A stretch of 64,000 bases of DNA, taken from positions 753 through 64,752 of the IMG/VR virus record IMGVR_UViG_3300020215_000052; one strand, written 5' to 3'. This DNA comes from a virus. How positions within the stretch are numbered: position 1 is the first letter of the stretch; each line of letters starts with the position of its first letter. Below are positions 58,023 through 64,000 of the stretch, piece after piece. The position numbers and the translations under genes were made by a program. The notes below the pieces were generated by a model. That model was not told the DNA's origin. It was given only the letters and a program-made list of their open reading frames with translations, and did no database searches.

Positions 58023-58703
58023 ATGGCGAGGTTGCGGGCCCTGGACTACACCGAGGTTCAGGACTACTGGGACGAGCACCCCGATTCCAGCATCCCGGAG
58101 GTGGCCCGTGCCTTCGGCGTGGCCGTTAGCACGCTGAAGACGGCCAAGTACCGGGGACTGCTGAGCGACCCCCGGCCGGACCCCGGCAGATCGCACACCG
58201 GGCCCACCGGCACCTGGAAGATGGTCTGGGACCACGACGACCGCTTCCCAGGTCAGGATGCCGCGCACGTGGCGCAACTCCTTCGGCTCCGTCCCGGGAC
58301 CGTCATTTCCGCGAGGAAGGCGGCGCGCAGGCGAGCGGCCCCGGCTGCGCCAGCGGCGGCAGCGGCGCCACGGACCGGCGTGGCGGAGGCCATCCGGAAG
58401 GCCCGTACCCGCGCATCCCAGGAGATAGCCTCGGCTGCGGCCAGGGCCGAGGTCTCGGAGCAGACCTGGGCTGCATGGGAGGCGGGGGTCCGGGAACCGA
58501 CGCCCCTTGAGATGCTCGCCATCGCCCGGGCGCTGGGTTGCCGCTGGATCGGTGACCCGGACCGGGGCTGGATGCTCGTCCCCCTATCTGGCACGCCGCG
58601 TGCCTCTGAGGTAGCGGAGGTGCAACATGGGACGGAAGAAGGGGCTGTGGGGGATGCAGGAAGGTCGGCTCCAGGACGCGTTCGTGGCGTTGGCGCGGGC
58701 TGA
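58023..58703 (+). CDS. double-HTH regulator (N-terminal HTH plus C-terminal XRE)
   Basis: SIPEVARAFGVAVSTL; SEQTWAAWEAGVREP. Confidence 0.7.
   Translation: MARLRALDYTEVQDYWDEHPDSSIPEVARAFGVAVSTLKTAKYRGLLSDPRPDPGRSHTGPTGTWKMVWDHDDRFPGQDAAHVAQLLRLRPGTVISARKAARRRAAPAAPAAAAAPRTGVAEAIRKARTRASQEIASAAARAEVSEQTWAAWEAGVREPTPLEMLAIARALGCRWIGDPDRGWMLVPLSGTPRASEVAEVQHGTEEGAVGDAGRSAPGRVRGVGAG
58589..58604 (+). promoter_or_regulatory. putative sigma54 promoter TGGCACG-ccgc-GTGCC (also palindromic)
   Basis: GG-N10-GC just upstream of the RBS of the second Fis-HTH gene. Confidence 0.5.
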
Positions 58704-58878
58704 AATCCGCGCCGCCCTGGAGGAAACCCGCGGCAATCGGCAGCGTGCGGCCCACCTTCTGGGGGTGGACCGCCGTACCCTCTACGGATATCTCGACCGG
58801 CTCTTCACGCCGGAAGAGGTGGAGTCTCTCGGACCTGGGGATATTCTCCCCAGTAACGAGTCCAGAGAAACCGCCTAA
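58627..58878 (+). CDS. stand-alone Fis-type (HTH_8) DNA-binding protein
   Basis: EIRAALEETRGNRQRAAHLLGVDRRTLYGYL. Confidence 0.8.
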   Translation: MGRKKGLWGMQEGRLQDAFVALARAEIRAALEETRGNRQRAAHLLGVDRRTLYGYLDRLFTPEEVESLGPGDILPSNESRETA

Positions 58879-59047
58879 ATCCACCGCTTCTACGCACACT
58901 TAGACCACGCTGTAGATATTCGCCTCACCATGGGTCACCTTGACGGGGAGAATATCCACACACATGCCTGCCAGATGTGGTCTGCCTACTTAACCAAAAC
59001 TCAACGATTTCATGCACATACATGAGTGTGCATGAATATACACACAG

Positions 59048-59063
59048 TGGCACGCTGTGTGCT
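59048..59063 (+). promoter_or_regulatory. putative sigma54 promoter TGGCACG-ctgt-GTGCT with flanking palindromes
   Basis: matches the 8871 site (TGGCACG-N5-TGCTTCTATAT-N4-CATGA); inverted repeat TTCATGCACA/TGTGCATGAA upstream. Confidence 0.6.
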
Positions 59064-59115
59064 TCTATATCTATCATGAAGAGCGGCGATGGACGCCGCC
59101 GTGAAGGAGAGGCTC

Positions 59116-59715
59116 ATGAGCACCAAGACCATCCGTGAGGTAGAGGCCATCATCGAAGCCATCAAAACCGGCATCCAGGCCGGAGGAGACCCCGAGGACT
59201 GGGAGGCGGGCGAGTTCGAGGAGGCCCGCTCCCTAACCGCTGCTGTCGGGTGGCAGTGGGAGTTCACCACATGGCTCGCTACCCTCAGGGTTCTGGAGGG
59301 GGGCGACATCCCCGGCGCCGGGCGGCGCTGGGATGAGGAGACGAATGCCGCCGAGCCGACCCCTGCCCAAAGGGATGCCTTGGCGCGGCACGATTCCCTC
59401 GTCGCGAGGGCGAGGGAACTTGACGAGGCCCGGGCCTCCCTGGGCCCAGACGCGGCGGAGGAGGAGGATGAGCGTCTGCGGCTCGCCGCCGTTGAGGCGT
59501 GGGCTGAGGTTGCCCGGGATGCCGAGGCTTTGGAGGCGGCCGAGGCCGTCACACGGGCCATGGCCGTCACCCCGCCCGGACAGCCGGTGTGGGGAGGGGT
59601 TCGCGTCGGGCTGCGGCCCGACGATCCAATCCACGGAACCGTGGGTTTCCGTGGCATGCCCCGCGGGGCATGCGCGTGTCCGGCCTGTGTGGAGGCCGAC
59701 TACCTGACTACCTGA
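59116..59715 (+). CDS. hypothetical acidic protein, C-terminal CxCxxC
   Basis: GGAGAGG RBS. Confidence 0.65.
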   Translation: MSTKTIREVEAIIEAIKTGIQAGGDPEDWEAGEFEEARSLTAAVGWQWEFTTWLATLRVLEGGDIPGAGRRWDEETNAAEPTPAQRDALARHDSLVARARELDEARASLGPDAAEEEDERLRLAAVEAWAEVARDAEALEAAEAVTRAMAVTPPGQPVWGGVRVGLRPDDPIHGTVGFRGMPRGACACPACVEADYLTT

Positions 59716-59872
59716 CGTCCAGGTAGGGAGGGGATCCCGCCACCCCGGCGGTTATCCGGGGTCCAGCCCAGTCGCCGGGTGGGCGCCGGCAGCATGGAGG
59801 GAGGGGGGTCACCCTGCCTCACCCCTCGGGGCTACCCGCAGGACCCCCCCCGGTCCCAACAGGAGGTCGTAT

Positions 59873-60628
59873 ATGTTGTTGGACCTGGATCACGTCATGT
59901 TCTCCTACGGTGGCCACGCCACCGGGTCCGCGCGTAGATGCGCGGCCGAGGAGGTCAACGCACAGCTTGGTCTCCCCTGGGGGGCCAGCTGCCCGCCCTG
60001 CGTGCACCCCGCGGCCAGGCCCCTATGGGGCCTGATAGTCCCGCTGAACGACGCGTTTCCGGACCAGGCCGATGCCGATGCGGCGCGGACGGCCGCGATG
60101 GTGCCACTCCTGCGGGCGATCCTGTCCGCAGGAGCGGCCCCGCCGGAGAGCGGAGGCTGGGAGTTCGTCCTGGCGGACCTCGCGGCCCGCCGCTTCGCGC
60201 CCCGGGCGCTCCGCGCCGCGGGCCTCGACGCGGAGGCCGAGCGGTTGGAGGCCATGCCACAGGTCTCCGCCGCGACTGTGCGGGCGGCGGAGGAGGCGAC
60301 GCGGGCGGTGTGGGCGGAGGCGGCGGCGCGGTCGGCGCGGGCGGTGCGGGGGGATGTGTGGGCGGCGCGGGCATATGCGCGGCGGCTCCGGTGCGCGGCG
60401 GAGGCTGCGGAGGTGGCGACGCGGGCGACGCGGGCGGCGGAGGCGGCGGACGAGGCGACGGTATCGTGGTGGACGGTGCGGGCGGCGGAGGAGGCCACCC
60501 GGGCGGCGGCGGCGGTGCGGGGGGAGGTGTGGACGGCGCGGGTTGGCGTGGGCCCGCGGGCCTTGCGCCTGTTGCAGGAGACGGTCGCCGAGATCACGGC
60601 GGCCATCCAACACCCCCCTCCAAGCTGA
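59873..60628 (+). CDS. hypothetical Ala/Arg-rich helical protein
   Basis: GGAGG RBS; internal AEEATRA repeats. Confidence 0.6.
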   Translation: MLLDLDHVMFSYGGHATGSARRCAAEEVNAQLGLPWGASCPPCVHPAARPLWGLIVPLNDAFPDQADADAARTAAMVPLLRAILSAGAAPPESGGWEFVLADLAARRFAPRALRAAGLDAEAERLEAMPQVSAATVRAAEEATRAVWAEAAARSARAVRGDVWAARAYARRLRCAAEAAEVATRATRAAEAADEATVSWWTVRAAEEATRAAAAVRGEVWTARVGVGPRALRLLQETVAEITAAIQHPPPS

Positions 60629-61139
60629 GTCCCGTTCCCCTCGCCGAGGTGCATGCCGGTTCGATGATCGGTCTCGGTACCGTCGGACGGGCCGTTTCCT
60701 GACGGCTCTGGGAGGGCCAGGTTGGTTATCCCGGACCGCATTTTCGGTCCCTGGGTGACCCAATGGGAGGGCTACCCCCCTCCCCAAACCTAGCTACGGG
60801 ATTGACCCATCCCCCCAACCTTGCCGCCTCCCCTGCAGTGCTATCCTGGGTCACGTCCTCCCCGCTCCATCCAGCCCCCGCCGCCGGAGTTCGGCCTGCA
60901 GGGCGTCCACATGGCAGCCGGAGCGACATGGGGGTAGGCACAGCCCCGCACGAACGGCCGGCTCCTCCACTCCATCGAGGTCTACGACCCAGCCAAGCAC
61001 GACCCCCTCCTGGCCGCGGACTTCGCCCAGCTGGCCCGCCTGCGCACGGAGGCGCTGGACCTGGTGGAAGGCGAGAAGAGCAAGGACCTGCTGCGCGAGG
61101 TCCGGCGGGTGCTGCTGCGCAGCGGAGGACTGGGGTAGA

Positions 61140-62519
61140 GTGGGGAGGCCGCCGACGCTTCAGCTTCAACTCAGCTGCGGGCCGGCGTCCGAAAACCCGC
61201 GGGACAATTCGGTTGATGCCACCCGTGTGCTTGCGGTACGGTCATCTCCTACATCCGCTTTGCATGGCGTCGGGCGAGACGAACTCCAGCCCGAGGCGTG
61301 CGTAGGAGGAGGAGCTGTGGAAGAGCTTCTGCCCAACGGCGCCGGCAGCGCGCTGGATGCGGACGACAGTCCGCCGCAGAAGGAACGGCGCGAAGTCGGA
61401 GTTGAACCCGAGGTGTCGACACCGCTGCTCTCACAGGCCAAGGCCGACAGGCTGCTTAAAACCGCTGTGGCGGAAGTGGTAGGTCAGCGAGATTGCGACA
61501 TCATTACTTACAACGGCCACGTCACCCGCGGTGGCTATCAGCGGCTGTTGGCGATGCTGCTGAAGAAGGCCCATCCGAACCTGCTCCTTTGCTTGTCCAC
61601 CTGGGGTGGCGATGCACATGCTGCGTACCGCATAGCGCGCCTCCTGCGCAGTCGGTATAAGAAGTTCGCGGTCTACGTTCCCGCCTTCTGCAAGAGCGCG
61701 GGAACGCTCGTGGCCATCGGTGGATCAGAGCTGGTCATGACCGACGAGGCCGAGTTGGGTCCCCTTGACGCGCAGATCCTCCGCCGCGGGGAGATTGGCG
61801 AGCGGGCGTCAGGACTTGAGGTGGATGAGGCGATTGACTGGCTCCAAGACCGGCTGCTCGACAGCTTCCGGGAGTACTTGATGGACATCCGCCTGAGTGG
61901 TATGCCCACGAAGCTGGCAGCAGAGTTGGCGGGCACCCTCTCGCTGGGTTTGGTCACGCCTATTATCGCCCAGGTGGACCCAATGCGCATTGGGGAGATC
62001 CAGCGCGCGGTTGCAATCGCTTTGGAGTACGGCAGGCGCCTCGGTACCTCGCTCAAACCGGGAGCTCTGGACCGCCTCGTTACTTCCTACCCCGACCACT
62101 CCTTCGTTATCGATCGCGAGGAGGCGTCGGAACTGTTCAAGGTCGTGTCGCCCCAGACCGACCACGAGTATATAATGGCGCTGCTGCTCGGCCTCTGCGG
62201 GCATCCTGTTGCCGGCGAGCCAGCGGTGAAGATGATCTCTGGCGACATTGCCGCCCAGGAGACGACGACCCATGACCCGAATTCAGCACACGGATCTGCG
62301 GGATTGCCAAAGAGAAAGGCACGTTCCACAACGGCCTCTTCCAAGGTACAGCCTGTCCCGAGAACTCCGAAGGCTCCGAGCGGAGCGGGCGGAAGAGCCA
62401 ATGGGCCTTCCAGCAGAGGTGGTGGAACATCTGCTGCAAAGGGTCACCGAGGAGACAAAGTAAACGGTGAAGAGCCTCCGGACCAGCCGGCGAATGGTCC
62501 ATCGTCGTCCACACCCTGA
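61140..62519 (+). CDS. SDH_sah (ClpP/crotonase-like) serine protease-family protein; start uncertain
   Basis: LSTWGGDAHAAYRIARLL...VYVPAFCKSAGTLVAIG...ELGPLDAQ...YPDHSFVIDREEA. Confidence 0.8.
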   Translation: MGRPPTLQLQLSCGPASENPRDNSVDATRVLAVRSSPTSALHGVGRDELQPEACVGGGAVEELLPNGAGSALDADDSPPQKERREVGVEPEVSTPLLSQAKADRLLKTAVAEVVGQRDCDIITYNGHVTRGGYQRLLAMLLKKAHPNLLLCLSTWGGDAHAAYRIARLLRSRYKKFAVYVPAFCKSAGTLVAIGGSELVMTDEAELGPLDAQILRRGEIGERASGLEVDEAIDWLQDRLLDSFREYLMDIRLSGMPTKLAAELAGTLSLGLVTPIIAQVDPMRIGEIQRAVAIALEYGRRLGTSLKPGALDRLVTSYPDHSFVIDREEASELFKVVSPQTDHEYIMALLLGLCGHPVAGEPAVKMISGDIAAQETTTHDPNSAHGSAGLPKRKARSTTASSKVQPVPRTPKAPSGAGGRANGPSSRGGGTSAAKGHRGDKVNGEEPPDQPANGPSSSTP

Positions 62520-62749
62520 GCCGTCACCCCATCCCCCTTGCCTCACCTCCAGCCAGCGCCCATCCTCATCTCCAGCCCCACCCGGGCCCCGCATCCTGCC
62601 GGCCCGGGACCAGCAGCCAGCGACACGTCCGGGAGGCTGCGCCCACGTCGAGACGGGAGCCAGCATGCGCTACGAGGATGGTGAGGTAGTGATCGAGGTC
62701 GTCGGCGAGGCCGAGCGGTCGGAAGTGGACCGGCGGGCGGGGGAGGTCG

Positions 62750-63298
62750 TCAGGGTCGATCTGGTGGGGCGTCAGCAGGTGAGGGAAGCCCAGCAGGGCT
62801 GACGGTCACCGCGACGCCCTCGGGCCGGCCCACGGCCCAGCGGCGCTCCACGGCCAGGCGTACCACGGCGGCGTCGTCCTGGTAGGCGATGCCGTTGAGC
62901 GCGTCCAGGACCAGCTTGCAGACGTTGTCGACGTCGGGTTTGCCCATCGGGAGGGAGCGCCCGGCCTGGGCCTGCTCCTTCCTCCACTTCGGCCAGCTGG
63001 CCGGCACGGCGTGGTAGGCCACGAGATCGACGGCGACGGGGCCGACCAGGGGCCCGCGGCCGCGCATGACCCTTCGAGCTGCCCAGGCCACGGCATCCTC
63101 GTGCTGACGGGTCGCATCCGGCGTGAAGGCGTGGCCCTGGCCGACCCGCGGCCTGGCCTTCCCCCGGGGCGGGCCCGCGACCTCGAACCTGATGGACTCC
63201 TGGGCCGCCTGGACGCCCGTCTCCGGGTTGGGGCGGGTCCTGCGCTGACCGGCGCTGCGGGGCCGGGGCGCCCGGTGGAGAAGGCGGGTGGTGCTCAC
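62750..63298 (-). CDS. rusA: RusA-family Holliday junction resolvase
   Basis: PRGKARPR...KPDVDNVCKLVLDALNGIAYQDDAAV. Confidence 0.9.
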   Translation of the reverse strand: MSTTRLLHRAPRPRSAGQRRTRPNPETGVQAAQESIRFEVAGPPRGKARPRVGQGHAFTPDATRQHEDAVAWAARRVMRGRGPLVGPVAVDLVAYHAVPASWPKWRKEQAQAGRSLPMGKPDVDNVCKLVLDALNGIAYQDDAAVVRLAVERRWAVGRPEGVAVTVSPAGLPSPADAPPDRP

Positions 63299-63597
63299 AG
63301 CTTCACCCGCAAGGCGGGGATGCCCTCGTCAGCGAAGAGGTCCATGAGGCGCTTCGCCCCCACCGGGTTGGCGCTGTGCACCCAGACCTTCGCCGGCCGG
63401 GTATCGTGCACCCACAACATCATCCTGGCGCAGTCGTAGCCATCGGAGTCGTCGGGGCCGAGGTCATGGTCGAAGCTCACCAGCTCCAGCGTGGGCCGCT
63501 GCGCCACGATGGACAGGAACTCCGGCACTGTCCGCGCATGAACCCAGTCGGTCCCGTCATCAGGCGGAACCCTCATGTCGTCCAGAAACAGCCGCAT
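63295..63597 (-). CDS. cyclic-phosphate-processing receiver-domain protein
   Basis: LFLDDMR...VSFDHDLG...GYDCA...VHSANPVG. Confidence 0.8.
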   Translation of the reverse strand: MRLFLDDMRVPPDDGTDWVHARTVPEFLSIVAQRPTLELVSFDHDLGPDDSDGYDCARMMLWVHDTRPAKVWVHSANPVGAKRLMDLFADEGIPALRVKL

Positions 63598-63769
63598 CTG
63601 TTACCCTCCTGCGCAGCTTCCCACTGCCACCTCAGCCTCCAGCACCTGCACCAGCTCTTCGGCCCGGTCTCCGTCAGCCTCCCGCCCGCCGCCGGCACGG
63701 CCCGCAGGCAGGCGAGCCGGGTCCCGGGCCAGGTCGAGGAAGTCCCGGCGGGTGACGGGGGGTGGCGGG

Positions 63770-64000
63770 TCACGACTCCCTCCGGCGGACGGGGATGACC
63801 ACGGGCCAGGGCGAGGCGTCGCCCCGCTCGATGGGCAGCTGGTCTCCGTCGGGTAGCTCGATCAACCCCTTGTCGCAGTCGCGGCTGAAGCCGGTGATCC
63901 GGAATGGAGAGCCATACCCGTCGCTGCGCCTCCACCACCCACCGATGGGCGCCGTCGCCACCGTCCAGCGGCTCCCATCCGGTGCCGTGGCGGGGCGGGT
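63770..64000 (-). CDS. hypothetical protein, 5' end beyond the window
   Basis: frame is open from the window edge to TGA at 63770. Confidence 0.5.
   Translation of the reverse strand, partial: TRPATAPDGSRWTVATAPIGGWWRRSDGYGSPFRITGFSRDCDKGLIELPDGDQLPIERGDASPWPVVIPVRRRES

Noticed and set aside
62467-62802. plus-strand ORF after the protease
   Set aside because: largely antisense to the rusA 3' end and low-complexity; unsupported
63598-63773. apparent programmed frameshift in a small minus-strand gene (MTRHP|PVTRRDFLDLARDP...)
   Set aside because: one extra base in the G6 run (63757-63762) restores the frame, as at about 457; more likely homopolymer sequencing error
1-64000. CRISPR array, DGR, retron or group II intron
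   Set aside because: no regularly spaced repeat-spacer array and no reverse transcriptase or cas motifs seen; the long repeats are coding tandem repeats
1-64000. genome-wide TAG recoding suggested by the 60935 stop
   Set aside because: core genes such as terL and the tape measure end cleanly at TAG, and long genes are not fragmented

Overview
The whole window reads as a very GC-rich tailed dsDNA phage or prophage, probably near-complete and siphovirus-like (tape measure plus a frameshifting tail chaperone). No host housekeeping genes are visible. Layout: (i) 1-15 kb, early/accessory small genes, including a Mom-like DNA-modification gene, an HTH-SLOG fusion, XRE and Fis-type regulators, a pentapeptide-repeat gene and a RecT-like annealing protein; (ii) 15-22 kb, replication (initiator with internal repeats, DnaC-like loader, DnaB) and a tyrosine recombinase; (iii) 22-30 kb, a DNA methyltransferase cluster, an AAA+ ATPase and small membrane genes; (iv) 30-47 kb, terminases, portal, protease/scaffold, capsid, fibre and tail genes to the tape measure; (v) 47-53 kb, two large tail-type genes on the opposite strand; (vi) 53-64 kb, promoter-led accessory cassettes (acidic-repeat lipoprotein, XRE and Fis HTHs, SDH_sah protease, RusA, cyclic-phosphate-processing receiver). 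The most unusual signals are a C5 methyltransferase gene that is open in two frames over its full length with motif IX in the second frame, two duplicated 'sigma54 promoter - stand-alone Fis HTH - sigma54 promoter' units, a recurring 5'-leader hairpin after four promoters, and five DNA-modifying enzymes. A Myxococcota-like host is inferred but not shown. All product calls come from motif recognition by eye; no database searches were run.
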